Notes: a model not told the origin generated them from the sequence alone. 64,000 nucleotides of DNA from a virus (IMGVR_UViG_3300035670_000149:1-64000), one strand, 5' to 3'. Counted from the stretch's first letter, positions 26,257-37,382 are shown. A program made the numbers and translations.

Positions 26257-26844
26257 TTAGAGGATAACTGTTCCAATCCCACCACCGCGAAGTGTGATAG
26301 GTAAAGTAATAGTCACAACAGCAGTTTTAGCACCACCAACATCACCAGTTCCAAGAGCAGTAACAGCAGCTCCAATAAAATTGAAATGTGTAAATCCAGT
26401 TCCAGTTAGAGTGCTAAAGCTATTTGATGAAACACCAATAGCTCCTCCACCAGAAATGGAAATATCAACAGTACTTCCATTGACAGCAAAAGTATTGCCA
26501 GCACCAATAAAATTGAGTGTAGTGACACTATCTGCTTTGATTGTGGTTCCAGCAGATGCAACTCCAACTGGTCCTAATGTCAAATTGAATGCCTTATAGG
26601 CAACCATTTCAAGTATATCGCCAGCAACGGCATTTGAAATGACGTTTACCGTTCTACCATCTGCCGCAGAATAATCTTGAGCATCAACTAATTTGATACC
26701 ATTCAAAAATACATCCAAATAACCTGGCGTATATCCAGAATTAAATGTTATGATTCCAACTGGACCTGTGGCAGTATGAATTTGCCTGGCAACAACTACC
26801 GGAGTTGAATCTGGTTGATTGCCGACGTATCCAAATTTTGCCAT
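26257..26844 (-). CDS. Virion structural protein
   Basis: DVFLNGIKL..DY.A.DG domain shared with 18689..19912. Confidence 0.7.
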   Translation of the reverse strand: MAKFGYVGNQPDSTPVVVARQIHTATGPVGIITFNSGYTPGYLDVFLNGIKLVDAQDYSAADGRTVNVISNAVAGDILEMVAYKAFNLTLGPVGVASAGTTIKADSVTTLNFIGAGNTFAVNGSTVDISISGGGAIGVSSNSFSTLTGTGFTHFNFIGAAVTALGTGDVGGAKTAVVTITLPITLRGGGIGTVIL

Positions 26845-26845
26845 A

Positions 26846-27397
26846 TCAAGTTACTCCTCTGAGGAAACTGAAACTTACATCAACTGCTTCATTTCCATTT
26901 ACCGCAACTGATAATGTACTTCCAACACCAACCACGACTTTTCCAGCATCAGAAATAACAAGTGAAGATCCTTCTGGAATTGGAACGTTATGAACAATAT
27001 TCACGTGCTCATTGTTTGCTTGAGAGAGAATCAATGATGCTCTCAGTTGACTATCGGTATTGTTTGCAAAAGTTCCAGCAACAACGATTGTTTTTTCTGT
27101 TGGAGTATCAATGGCAGTGACACTATTAAATCCAACAGTTTGAGTCGTAGCAGCAGAAACGTTACTTGATGTAGAATCAACTGTCACAATTCCACCTGTT
27201 CCAAAGTTAGAAGCAGTGTTGATAGTTGTGACTCGTGTACCACCAATAAAAAATGGATTATCTACAAGAGCACCAACAGCCACATTATATGTGGAAATAT
27301 TGGTGATTCTATCGGTTGCAACTCCAATAGATGCTGTGTAGACCGTTGTGGTCACACCTACTCTTCTTACAGATTTGTTTGCAAATGACTCTGCCAT
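26846..27397 (-). CDS. Virion structural protein
   Basis: Beta-rich, related C-terminal half to 24850..25230 (FANN..PIPEGSSLV). Confidence 0.65.
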   Translation of the reverse strand: MAESFANKSVRRVGVTTTVYTASIGVATDRITNISTYNVAVGALVDNPFFIGGTRVTTINTASNFGTGGIVTVDSTSSNVSAATTQTVGFNSVTAIDTPTEKTIVVAGTFANNTDSQLRASLILSQANNEHVNIVHNVPIPEGSSLVISDAGKVVVGVGSTLSVAVNGNEAVDVSFSFLRGVT

Positions 27398-27427
27398 TTT
27401 TTTAGATCCTTTTTATTAGTTATAATA

Positions 27428-28348
27428 TTATGCACCTAGAGCAATAGCAAGACCAATAGAAATACCACTGGATTGGAAAGTAACCGTAGTAATTCCAGAA
27501 CCACCATCAGATTGGTCAACACGAACTGATGCATTCACAGGAACAAAGTTGATTGTCGATGTTGCGGTACTAACGGTTGTACCTTCAGATTGAATACCAA
27601 TTGCAATACCAGTTCCACTAAAGCTACCAGAAAAATTGGTAGCAGTCATGTAACCAGTTACATTGAGACCTGCTGGACTTGCAATAATATTATCAAAACT
27701 TGCTAATGATTTACCAGCACCAACGACAACAACAGCACCACTATTTCCTAAAGTGGAAATTGTAGTAATGCCAGTCACAGCAAGACCTGCTGGGCTTGCT
27801 ATTACATTATTAATACTCGCTAATGATTTGCCAGTACCAACAGTAATAACACCACCAGTGTTACCTAGGGTGGAAACAGTGGTTACACCCGTAACTTTTA
27901 CATTATCCGCAAAATCAACAAGATTGGAAAAGGTAGAAAATCCAGATACTCTTAGATTTCCTACAACAGAAGTTAGTCCTACAAAAGTAGAGAATCCTGT
28001 TACATTAACATTTCCATCAAGATTGACATTATTTTGAAACGTCGTAACACCAACAACTCTCAGGTTTGATATTGAGGACATCCCCAATACATTGACCTGA
28101 TTTACAGCGGTAGAAAATCCGCTTACAACTAAATTGTTATTGATCTGGGTGAATGGCAGCGTGGCAAATCCAGTAACTCTTAGAAAAGAAGTTACTACAT
28201 CTGTTGCCGCTATGGCACCTTGAACGTCAAGTTCGACCGTTGGGAGCGTGCTTCCAATACCAACCTTATTTGTTGTAGAATCGGCAAAGATTTGGTTAGT
28301 ATTAACCTCTAGACCGTTCTTGACGACAAAGTTTTTGTTAATTGCCAT
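27428..28348 (-). CDS. Tail fibre-like protein
   Basis: MAINKNFVVKNGLEV start, VGIG, GFSTF repeats. Confidence 0.75.
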   Translation of the reverse strand: MAINKNFVVKNGLEVNTNQIFADSTTNKVGIGSTLPTVELDVQGAIAATDVVTSFLRVTGFATLPFTQINNNLVVSGFSTAVNQVNVLGMSSISNLRVVGVTTFQNNVNLDGNVNVTGFSTFVGLTSVVGNLRVSGFSTFSNLVDFADNVKVTGVTTVSTLGNTGGVITVGTGKSLASINNVIASPAGLAVTGITTISTLGNSGAVVVVGAGKSLASFDNIIASPAGLNVTGYMTATNFSGSFSGTGIAIGIQSEGTTVSTATSTINFVPVNASVRVDQSDGGSGITTVTFQSSGISIGLAIALGA

Positions 28349-28381
28349 TGGAGTTCACTATCCCCCCAGTCTATACTCTAT

Positions 28382-29884
28382 TTAGTAAATTCTAAAGGCA
28401 GCTTCTCTAACATGAACATTTCCAATATCGTCTCCAGTAAACCAAACTCTACATTGTCCCAATTCTTTTTGAACAAAAGAAACTTTCATGTTTGGTAGTA
28501 TGATACTAGAGACACCAGCAATAGTTGTGCTGATAAACGTAAAAGCAACAATATAATCAGTATTTAAGAAAGGTTCTTGAAACTTAATCAAATAATGATT
28601 TTCTGGTAATTGATTATAATCTGTGCTGCGGGTGCCCTCATTTTGAGGTATAATGGTTGCAATAAAGTTGCCCGTATTTGTGTAGTTGAATACAGGAGTA
28701 AATCCTGCTATTACACCTGTCGTATGATACCAAGAAGCAATATAATTTACAAATCCAGTTTTTCTTATTCGAACACTACCCCGTTTTCCTTGAGGATTTC
28801 CACCTAAGGTTGTTGATAGTACTGTAACTGCACTTCCAGCCCACCCAGATCCACCACCTCCGCCGCCATTGCTACTTGATCCAGAGTATCCGCCTGTTAC
28901 TCCAGATCCACCTGCACCTCCATTATTAAATGCAAAAGCACCATTATTTTGAAGATCATCTGCTGTCAGTTCTACATTGCATGATAAATTAGAGCTACCA
29001 GCTGCAGATAAACCACATCTAGTCATTGTTCTAGTCACATTTGCCTGAGTATAATTAGAAACACTAATAAATTCTCCTGGAGTAACAACTCTACCTCCGC
29101 TGCCACCATTTGATCCAGTACCATTTTCTCCAGCAACATTAAATCCACCGCCGTCGCCTCCTTTTATTCCAGAAGAGGAAGATCCTCCTCCTCCACCAAC
29201 AACCGCCAATAAAGTTCCACCTCTTTTTATATACGTTGGTCCTCCACCATTAAATCCACTGCCAGAAGATACTCTTCCGCCGTTTGGACCATTAAAAGAA
29301 ACATCTGGTTGAGAACCATAATTATCATCACCAACTCTAAATGTATATAATTGAGATTGTTCAAAAGTTCTTCGAAGAGTACCAACTCCACCTTGTCCAG
29401 GATTAGATCCAGCGCCAGAAGAACCCCGCAAAGTAATATCTAAAGATATATCCTTTTCTTTTGCAAATACTCTCCACCACCCAGATGATGGAGTGTTAAA
29501 TCCATTGTTTGCATCTGGACCAAATTCATATTGTTGAGTTGCTATGTTCCAGTCAATAATAACAGGACTGGTAAAACTTCCATCAGAATAAGCGTTAGTT
29601 CCGTTCGAATGATATACTAATCTAAGAATATCTTGAGGTGCTCTAAGAGTAAGAGTAAATGTTTCTGATGTTACTGGATCTGCAGTTGGATGACTTACTA
29701 CAACATAATACGTACCAGCAGTTGCTGTTAGAATATTAGATATCCCATCAGTCAGAGTGGTTAAGAGTAAATTGCCATCTCTATACCAAGAATACTGAAG
29801 TAATGTAGGATCTCCAGAAGAAATAGTTGCCTTTGCAGTGATGGCTATAATTGTACCAGTTGCAAACTCTTTTGTTATTGCCAT
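28382..29884 (-). CDS. Virion protein with Ig-like and glycine-rich domains
   Basis: YSWYRDG...GTYYVVV Ig-like; GGGGG motifs. Confidence 0.7.
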   Translation of the reverse strand: MAITKEFATGTIIAITAKATISSGDPTLLQYSWYRDGNLLLTTLTDGISNILTATAGTYYVVVSHPTADPVTSETFTLTLRAPQDILRLVYHSNGTNAYSDGSFTSPVIIDWNIATQQYEFGPDANNGFNTPSSGWWRVFAKEKDISLDITLRGSSGAGSNPGQGGVGTLRRTFEQSQLYTFRVGDDNYGSQPDVSFNGPNGGRVSSGSGFNGGGPTYIKRGGTLLAVVGGGGGSSSSGIKGGDGGGFNVAGENGTGSNGGSGGRVVTPGEFISVSNYTQANVTRTMTRCGLSAAGSSNLSCNVELTADDLQNNGAFAFNNGGAGGSGVTGGYSGSSSNGGGGGGSGWAGSAVTVLSTTLGGNPQGKRGSVRIRKTGFVNYIASWYHTTGVIAGFTPVFNYTNTGNFIATIIPQNEGTRSTDYNQLPENHYLIKFQEPFLNTDYIVAFTFISTTIAGVSSIILPNMKVSFVQKELGQCRVWFTGDDIGNVHVREAAFRIY

Positions 29885-29888
29885 TTTA

Positions 29889-30752
29889 CTAATTTGGTTT
29901 TGTTACAATAAACCATGACTGTGCAACTCCAATATCTCCCTTAGAAATATAAAATCCAGTATACACAGTTTCATCAAAAGTTGAAGCTGAAGTCATTCGA
30001 ACTTGAATGGTACTGCCATATTGTGCCGACAAACTTTTACCAGTTCTTCCATCAACAACTAAAGATGCTGTAGGTCCATCAACAGACACAGTAAATCCTG
30101 TACATGATCTATCAACATCGGTCAAACTAAATGATTGACTATAGACAGTATTGAGATTTGCATTACGAATACCAACTAAATTATAGTTTGCATTTAGAGG
30201 ATTACAATTTGGAATAACAGGTGCAGGTGCAGGTGCTGGAGCAGGTGCTGGTGCTGGAGCAGGTGCTGGTGCAGGTGCTGGTGCTGGAGCAGGTGCTGGT
30301 GCTGGTGCGGGTGCGGGTGGCGCAGGAGTAGGAGGAACATCCCCATCTGGTTGTTGAGTAATTGTTATCTGACCCTTTACCTTTAGAATAACAGTATTAG
30401 AAGCCAAAGGAGAGTTTGATGCCCCTGGTTGAAAAGTTTGTATGCCGACTCTTGTTGGGTCTGGATAAAATATTGAATACTGAATTAAATTTTTACCATT
30501 ATAAACAGTATCTGTCATATTTGTCAGCGTTAGTTGTGTACCGATACCAACAACAGATCCATTTATCCTCCATTCATAACCTAAAGTTCCGATTCCTGCA
30601 ACAAGATAGTTGACAGTAGACACTCCTGTAAATGTAGCAGATCCACCATAAGAAATTGTTCCAGGATCATTGATCTGAGTTACATACGTCAGAAATGGTG
30701 GGTTTATTCTGACGGGTGTAGATACTTTTCTATGAAATGCTAATGGACTCAT
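29889..30752 (-). CDS. Virion protein, Ig-like domain with (Pro-Ala)n linker
   Basis: YEWRING, ITITQQP, long PAPAPA tract. Confidence 0.7.
   Translation of the reverse strand: MSPLAFHRKVSTPVRINPPFLTYVTQINDPGTISYGGSATFTGVSTVNYLVAGIGTLGYEWRINGSVVGIGTQLTLTNMTDTVYNGKNLIQYSIFYPDPTRVGIQTFQPGASNSPLASNTVILKVKGQITITQQPDGDVPPTPAPPAPAPAPAPAPAPAPAPAPAPAPAPAPAPAPAPVIPNCNPLNANYNLVGIRNANLNTVYSQSFSLTDVDRSCTGFTVSVDGPTASLVVDGRTGKSLSAQYGSTIQVRMTSASTFDETVYTGFYISKGDIGVAQSWFIVTKPN
30219..30335. repeat. Hexamer repeat encoding a Pro-Ala tract
   Basis: gg(t/a)gc(a/t/g) repeats; PPTPAPPAPAPAPAPAP... Confidence 0.9.
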
Positions 30753-33700
30753 CCGAAATTCTGTCCTCCAGGTACGCCATAGAATGAAGATCCACCATCA
30801 AATGTTATAAACGAATATATATCAGTTTTATTTGCGGTGGTAGTAACAATTGGAATCACAGAACCAGACCAGTAAACTGGTATGTTTCCTCCTCCAGAAT
30901 TTTTGAATGTATCAATACCAACTGAATATCCGCCAGTAGAATCTTGTGTTATTTTCACAGTGAATGAAGAAGAATCGCTAGGTGGATTTAGAATCTCAAA
31001 ATTATTTACAATTGAGGTAATATTGACATTGAATGACTGTGCCTGAGAAAGATCAATAGTAACCACATTTCCTACTGGAGCAACAGTCGCTACTGCCTCA
31101 GAATATGTCTTGAATCTGGCACTTCCATCAACATCAAATCTAGCTCTTGGAATTATGGTTCCAACACCAACGGAGGATCCAGATGCATGGAATACTGTTC
31201 CGCCAACACCAGCTCTTAGAGTTGTAGTCGCGGTTACAATACCAGCATTGATTGTACCAACACCAGAAAGTGCGTATTGATTTGAGATAAACTGACCGTT
31301 TACGTCTAAGATACCTCTTGCAACAGAAGTTCCAACTCCGATTCTACCAAGAGTATTAATACCAACAAATTCAGTTCCAAATCCAGATTTGATTGCAAAT
31401 GCTTTAGCAGTTTGAGTTGTTGAATATTGGACTGTTAGTAATGCATCAGGCATTGTGCTACCAACACCAACAAAATTATTCAATCCAGTATGAATACCAA
31501 TATTTGCACCAACACCAACTTCATTTCCTACCCACTTAGAATCATTTGGCAAATTCGTAATATTTGAACCATTACCATAGAGGAATGCTGCGGTTACAAA
31601 ACCAGAAGCATAGATGTTGTTGACTACGTGCAAATCATATTGTGGTCTGGTGGTTCCAATGCCAAGAGATCCGCCACATGAAACAATAACTCCTGAGCGA
31701 CCTGCAGCATTGAATCCTGACTGAGATTCTGTTCTACCAGATCCAATAACAAGTTGACATCCACCTGTAGTTTCTGTGGCAATGCCAATACGATCAAATA
31801 TTCCAATACTCTCAGTGCTTGAGGCACTAACATTACCCCATCTATACCAATCATTATCTGTAGTATAGACCCATCCAATGAATCCACCTTTTGCTGGGTT
31901 TGCATTGAATACAACATCACCAGAATTACCAGCAAGAACTGGTTGAGAGATTCCTACAGTATAATTTCTAGAAACAGTAGTATTTCCCTGTAGATATAAC
32001 GAAGTTGCTTCAAGACCACCAGGAGCAGTAGAAGTTACTTTGTTATTGAAGATAACAGGCCCATCAAATTCAGAAATAATATTTCCATCTGGTCCACCCT
32101 CTACTCTAATTGATCTTGAAATTGTAACTTCAAGAGGAGTTAGAACGTCAAAACCAACACTAACACCCGTTTCGCCAACATCTTCACCAGTTACAGAAGG
32201 AATAGGAGCATCAAATACTTCTTCTTGACCAGTCGCTGAACTTACCTTCTTATTACCAATATAGAAATCACCATCATTATTCATACCAGTGTAAACGTTT
32301 ACACCACCATCAACTTTGGTTGATTGTGAAAGTAATTCTTCTTGAGGTGATAATCTTCTATCAATTCTCTCTGGTAGAGCAGTTGAGTAGTTACCAGGAC
32401 CAAATCCAACATATTCAAATGTATGTCCAGAAGCACGAATGATAGAGTTTCTACGAAGTTCTATCGGCAAACATCTAACTTTTTTAACAACGCTGTCTAG
32501 TGGATGTGAAGATGCTTTAGTTCCAAGAATTCCTCTAAAAACCGATATAGGATTAGAAATATATCCACTAGACGCATCTACACTACTTGTAGATGTTGTG
32601 GATTTAATTCTCATCAACTCTTCATCAATTTGAATAAAGTCGCCAATATTCAGATCAAGATTTTCAACATTTTGAATATAAATGTCTGTTATCGTGGAGT
32701 TGGTAATTTGTGCAGATAATGTTGATGTAATACCAGCATAGGCATATGTCATTCTGCCAGAAATATTCTCATCGTCACTTGTAATAACTCCACCCTGAGA
32801 ACTTGTTCCATAATTATAAATTTCAGCAGTACCAGTTGCAGGAACCGTTGTTCCAATTCCGATAAAGGAAGTAAATGAAGTTACACCTAAAACGTTTGCA
32901 ACAACAAAATCACCATTATAAAGTGAACTACTTGCATTTGCAATTCGTATCTTATTGTCAGCATATAATCCATGCTTTTGAACTGTTGCAAAAGTTGCAA
33001 TTCCAGATCCAGCATCGTAACTAAACCCACTAATATTAATAACAGGTCCTGTAAGCTGAATTGTTGTATCAAGTGTTGCTTCAGATCCAATACCAATTGT
33101 ATTGGCAGATCCAACTATAGTAGAAGAAGTTACTTGGATTTCTTTATCTTTACCAACAGCAATTCCACTAATCTTATAAAGAGTATTATGAGATTGATAT
33201 ATTGCTGAGGTTACGCCTTGAACATCAAGACATTCCCCAACTGAATTATAAATTTTCTCTACACGAATAACTGCATCAGATGATCCAGCAAGTTTTGGTA
33301 GGTTGGTAACAGTCATTGTGTTACCAATTGCATAAGCAGAACCACCATCAATAATCTTAATGTCTGTAATTCCACCAGCAGGATGAATAGTTACTCTTGC
33401 AGTAGCATGTTTTCCTACAGTAGAACCAGCAAAACCTACAAGTTGTGCATTATAATAAGATTCTGTAATACCAGAACCAACTCCGTAGTTTGTACCACTG
33501 TTTGCAATACTTACGGAAACAATTCTATTCAGACCATGATCAATCTTCGTGAAAATGGTATGTGCAGTTCCAGCAGAATTTGATTGAATATCAGTGATTC
33601 CTAATCCAATATTACCAGCAAATTCAATAACTTTTCCAATTTCAGTTTCTTTGGTCAGACTGTTTTGTGGATCATTAATTGAAACCTCTCCAATTGGAGT

Positions 33701-36700
33701 TGGAAGAGCGAAAGATCTTGCTGATTCAGGATCTGATACTGGATTATCTCTATTTGTCTGAGGATAGAAATATTGAATGTTTTGACTGAACTTCTCATTA
33801 GTAAATGGACTTACAGTTGGAGAAATGGAATTTTTAGATAAAAGTATGTGATAGACACCATCCTGTTGACCAGCAATGTATGTGTTGACTTCTGTTGATC
33901 TGTAAATACTAAACGTTTGATTTGCTTTTACTCTCTTGAATCTTGGTAAAGCAGTCGTTCTCAATGAAGTTGAATTTGTAAATACTCCAGGGTTTGTGTT
34001 TAGACCAACAACAAATGACTTTGCACTAGTAACACCGACAACCGTATAGTCTCTGTTGAAACCTGTTCCAGCAGTACCGGTGGTATTTGTGGAACTCGTG
34101 ACATTAATAATGGAAACATTTGATCCAACAGTCAAACCATGTGGTTTTTCTGTGTCAATATATGCAAATGGTGAAGAATATCTACATGTAGAAATGAAAC
34201 TTGGATTTCTTAGTTCACTTAGGTTAGATAATGTTTTGCCTGTAGTTGAATACAGATATGTAACTTCATTATTATTGAGTGCCCCAGTATCATTTGACTC
34301 TTGAATGACATAACCATCTACAGGAGGTCTGGCTGATGTAATTCCACTTCCAGATGGGATTACATATCTTGCACGATAGACAGTATCAAGTAATGCTCTA
34401 TCATCTTGCTTTCTGGTGATGTAAGTTCTAGGTGTAGAGTCCCCAAGAACAGAGGTTCCTAGACCAACAACCTGAGAGAAGAATGTATTATCTGTAGAAG
34501 ACGTTGATACATTTACATACCATTGATTATTTGCGATATCAAATTGAATTGGGTGACCAATATCTCCTGAATTTTTATCAGATACTCTTGATTCAATATT
34601 CAATACGCCACCAAGACTGTTGATTCCAATTGCTTCAGCAGCAAGAGCAGAGTTGAGAGATGTCGCTACTTGAATCTGATTATTGCCAGAGAAAGAAGCA
34701 TTTGCATTTTCTTTCGTAATTGCATAATAAACTCGGTTGTTTCTCAAACCATCAGGAAGAGCACCATTATCAGAAATAATACGAACTGATTCACCATTGA
34801 TAAAATTATGATCTGAAGTAAGAGTTAGAATATTTGAAGTAATACTATTAAATCCAACTGCTCTACCAACATATCCAATTTTTTTGGAAGTATATTGACT
34901 TGTAGTAATGCCATTGATTGGCATTGTGATTCTTGCTTTATACTCAATAGCACTACCACCAACGTTTAGTTGTACTTTGAGTTCATCGTTTTCTTTTGCA
35001 CCAAATCGGTAACCTTCAATTACGTTTTGAGGTCTTTGGTCAGAGTTATTTTGATTATATAAGTATAGTCTTCCAGTAGATCCAACACCAACAGCAGTTT
35101 GATAAACATCAATGGAATTAAATTCTACTGATGTTTCTGTAGTTTGAAGTTCTCTAGGAGGAATAACATGAGTCAAATAACCAATATCATCCTTTGCAAA
35201 AGCATCACTCTTGAATCCTTTTGATAAGAGTGATTTTGCTCCAAAGTTTGAGTTAGAGTTTGTAACGGATTGGTCTCCACCAGACTCTGTTACAAAATGC
35301 TCTGCAAATCCAATAGCAAAGATAGAAACTAACTGTAAAATAGAGTCATTGGTACACTTAATATGAAAATTAGTGTAGTCTGGTTTATAGATTGCTCTAG
35401 AATCTGATGATAAATTTGGAATCGTTGTTGCATCATCATATGATCCCGTAATTTCATTATATTTTACAAATGCATCATTATCTTTCTGTAGTCCAATTCC
35501 AGTAAATTGTGCGATAACCATGGATTTGAATCCAGTTGCCTTATTTCCTTCGGCAAGACAACCGCACATTCCAAATACAGAACGTAAAGATACGTTGAAA
35601 ATATAAGGAGAAGCAGAAGTTACAGTATCTACTACAATGTTTACAGTAGCATTTGCTGGATTTTCTAGAGCAGTAGTTGGAGCATTAGAAACTCTATATG
35701 TAAATTCTGTCGTACTAGTTACACCAGCACAGACATAATTGCCATTATAACCAGCGGCACTAATGCCATTGATTCGGATAGGTGTATCAACGTCAAGTCC
35801 AATATTTTTGATTGAATCAGTCGTTTGAACTGTGATTACAGTTGTAGCTGTTACTCCATCACCTGCTTTGATTGATGAAATACCTACACCATCTCCCTTA
35901 GAACCAACAATTCGGTACTCATCAATTTTTGGTTGAATATCAACATTTCCTGCAGGATAATCTGGTTGAATAGGTCTACCAGTCGCATCATCATATACAT
36001 CAGATATTTTTTCATAATACATTTGCAGATCTGTTCTGGTCTCTGCAATGTTCAAAAAACCATCATCAATGGTGACATTGTTTACACCATCGGCAAATTC
36101 AAAGCAAGAAAGTTTATGGTGGGAGAAATTAGGAACAAAGATATTGCTTGTGTAATCCTTATAGACAGTAGAATTCGGATCAGCATCAAAAATAGTAAAC
36201 TGATAGAAATAGCACGCACCAGTTACTCTAAAAATACAAGATCTACTAATCGCAGGATTAGATGGGTTGGGAACATATTTTGGTCTGATCTGAGTTTTTC
36301 TCAAATCTAAACCAACAAGTGATGTACCTCTAGGAATAATAACACCACCATTGATTGAATTCAATTTGTAGAGATCATTATCAGCAGTTGATAAATCAAA
36401 ATTACTGGTAAGATTGAATGGAGATAAAATTAAACCAGAAGTTCCATTTCTGTCTCTATATTTTGCTACTCCACTGCCATCATCATAAGGAATCCATCCA
36501 GGTCTATTATCAACAATATGTTCTCCTGGATAGACAAGAATGGTTGTTTTACCAAATCTATCGTTGTCAAGTCCTGCTTGATATGAAAATCTTGCCGACT
36601 CAATTAGTGCCCTTTGAATTGTTTTGAAAGGACGAGTGAGTGAATTTCCCTGATTCTCAATACTGTCTGTAGCATCAAGATCATTTGGATTTACATATAA

Positions 36701-36751
36701 AATATTGCCCTTGGCATTCTTTAGAAAATTCTGAAGTCTACTGAGACCCAT
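30749..36751 (-). CDS. Large cyanomyophage virion structural / tail fibre protein (2000 aa)
   Basis: Conserved N-terminus LSRLQNFLKN..DATDSIENQGNSLTRPFKTIQRAL; SGHTFEYVGFGPGNYSTALP. Confidence 0.85.
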   Translation of the reverse strand: MGLSRLQNFLKNAKGNILYVNPNDLDATDSIENQGNSLTRPFKTIQRALIESARFSYQAGLDNDRFGKTTILVYPGEHIVDNRPGWIPYDDGSGVAKYRDRNGTSGLILSPFNLTSNFDLSTADNDLYKLNSINGGVIIPRGTSLVGLDLRKTQIRPKYVPNPSNPAISRSCIFRVTGACYFYQFTIFDADPNSTVYKDYTSNIFVPNFSHHKLSCFEFADGVNNVTIDDGFLNIAETRTDLQMYYEKISDVYDDATGRPIQPDYPAGNVDIQPKIDEYRIVGSKGDGVGISSIKAGDGVTATTVITVQTTDSIKNIGLDVDTPIRINGISAAGYNGNYVCAGVTSTTEFTYRVSNAPTTALENPANATVNIVVDTVTSASPYIFNVSLRSVFGMCGCLAEGNKATGFKSMVIAQFTGIGLQKDNDAFVKYNEITGSYDDATTIPNLSSDSRAIYKPDYTNFHIKCTNDSILQLVSIFAIGFAEHFVTESGGDQSVTNSNSNFGAKSLLSKGFKSDAFAKDDIGYLTHVIPPRELQTTETSVEFNSIDVYQTAVGVGSTGRLYLYNQNNSDQRPQNVIEGYRFGAKENDELKVQLNVGGSAIEYKARITMPINGITTSQYTSKKIGYVGRAVGFNSITSNILTLTSDHNFINGESVRIISDNGALPDGLRNNRVYYAITKENANASFSGNNQIQVATSLNSALAAEAIGINSLGGVLNIESRVSDKNSGDIGHPIQFDIANNQWYVNVSTSSTDNTFFSQVVGLGTSVLGDSTPRTYITRKQDDRALLDTVYRARYVIPSGSGITSARPPVDGYVIQESNDTGALNNNEVTYLYSTTGKTLSNLSELRNPSFISTCRYSSPFAYIDTEKPHGLTVGSNVSIINVTSSTNTTGTAGTGFNRDYTVVGVTSAKSFVVGLNTNPGVFTNSTSLRTTALPRFKRVKANQTFSIYRSTEVNTYIAGQQDGVYHILLSKNSISPTVSPFTNEKFSQNIQYFYPQTNRDNPVSDPESARSFALPTPIGEVSINDPQNSLTKETEIGKVIEFAGNIGLGITDIQSNSAGTAHTIFTKIDHGLNRIVSVSIANSGTNYGVGSGITESYYNAQLVGFAGSTVGKHATARVTIHPAGGITDIKIIDGGSAYAIGNTMTVTNLPKLAGSSDAVIRVEKIYNSVGECLDVQGVTSAIYQSHNTLYKISGIAVGKDKEIQVTSSTIVGSANTIGIGSEATLDTTIQLTGPVINISGFSYDAGSGIATFATVQKHGLYADNKIRIANASSSLYNGDFVVANVLGVTSFTSFIGIGTTVPATGTAEIYNYGTSSQGGVITSDDENISGRMTYAYAGITSTLSAQITNSTITDIYIQNVENLDLNIGDFIQIDEELMRIKSTTSTSSVDASSGYISNPISVFRGILGTKASSHPLDSVVKKVRCLPIELRRNSIIRASGHTFEYVGFGPGNYSTALPERIDRRLSPQEELLSQSTKVDGGVNVYTGMNNDGDFYIGNKKVSSATGQEEVFDAPIPSVTGEDVGETGVSVGFDVLTPLEVTISRSIRVEGGPDGNIISEFDGPVIFNNKVTSTAPGGLEATSLYLQGNTTVSRNYTVGISQPVLAGNSGDVVFNANPAKGGFIGWVYTTDNDWYRWGNVSASSTESIGIFDRIGIATETTGGCQLVIGSGRTESQSGFNAAGRSGVIVSCGGSLGIGTTRPQYDLHVVNNIYASGFVTAAFLYGNGSNITNLPNDSKWVGNEVGVGANIGIHTGLNNFVGVGSTMPDALLTVQYSTTQTAKAFAIKSGFGTEFVGINTLGRIGVGTSVARGILDVNGQFISNQYALSGVGTINAGIVTATTTLRAGVGGTVFHASGSSVGVGTIIPRARFDVDGSARFKTYSEAVATVAPVGNVVTIDLSQAQSFNVNITSIVNNFEILNPPSDSSSFTVKITQDSTGGYSVGIDTFKNSGGGNIPVYWSGSVIPIVTTTANKTDIYSFITFDGGSSFYGVPGGQNFG

Positions 36752-36779
36752 TGTATTACGACCAGGTTTTTGCTATATG

Positions 36780-37382
36780 TTATTTAGCAGGAGTCCACCT
36801 AACTGTTAGTGATTTATCAAACACCATAAGATAACGATGTTTACGATTTCTATCTTTCCATTCACCTTCAACTCCCTTTACGGAACCTCTTGAATGTTTA
36901 GTTCCGTCAGCATAATAAAAATCTTTTTTAGGGTCTGTCAACCCATAATAGACGAAATTGCAAGCGCGGTATATAGTTCCGTCATGGCGAGAACTGTCAG
37001 CGTAGCTAAGAATAGCACGAACTGGTACATCTTTTTTAAACCTCCTAATACAACGACTTACGAACCAAGATGTAATGTTATATTCTTCTTTTTGAGTATC
37101 TGGATGTATACAAAGTCTTGAGAGTTCGTATATTCCTTCTTGTTGATTTCTTTCTAGACCAAATGCCCCTACGGCGATTTCTGGAACTGGGATATTAGTA
37201 AAAACGCAAGCACCAAGGCAGCTGCCAATTCTAAGGGGGCATTCCCAGTCAGGACGTTTGAAAAGTCCATAATTGAATCCTGATTTGAAATCTTTAGATT
37301 CATCTTTTAGATAATGATATGTATAAAGAAGGTTTTTAATTTCATCTTTACATACCTTATCTATGTAAAAATTTGATTTCAT
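36780..37382 (-). CDS. Mom-like GNAT DNA-modification protein
   Basis: HYL, ELSRLC, SWFVSRC, ILSYADS..HDGTIYRACNF.YYG, KHRY. Confidence 0.75.
   Translation of the reverse strand: MKSNFYIDKVCKDEIKNLLYTYHYLKDESKDFKSGFNYGLFKRPDWECPLRIGSCLGACVFTNIPVPEIAVGAFGLERNQQEGIYELSRLCIHPDTQKEEYNITSWFVSRCIRRFKKDVPVRAILSYADSSRHDGTIYRACNFVYYGLTDPKKDFYYADGTKHSRGSVKGVEGEWKDRNRKHRYLMVFDKSLTVRWTPAK

Noticed and set aside
7891-36751. Diversity-generating retroelement or invertible fibre cassette
   Set aside because: No reverse transcriptase, recombinase or TR/VR pair with adenine-specific mismatches seen
36780-37382. GNAT as the cognate toxin of the TacA-like protein at 3521..3877
   Set aside because: Motifs fit Mom-like DNA modifiers and the genes are 33 kb apart
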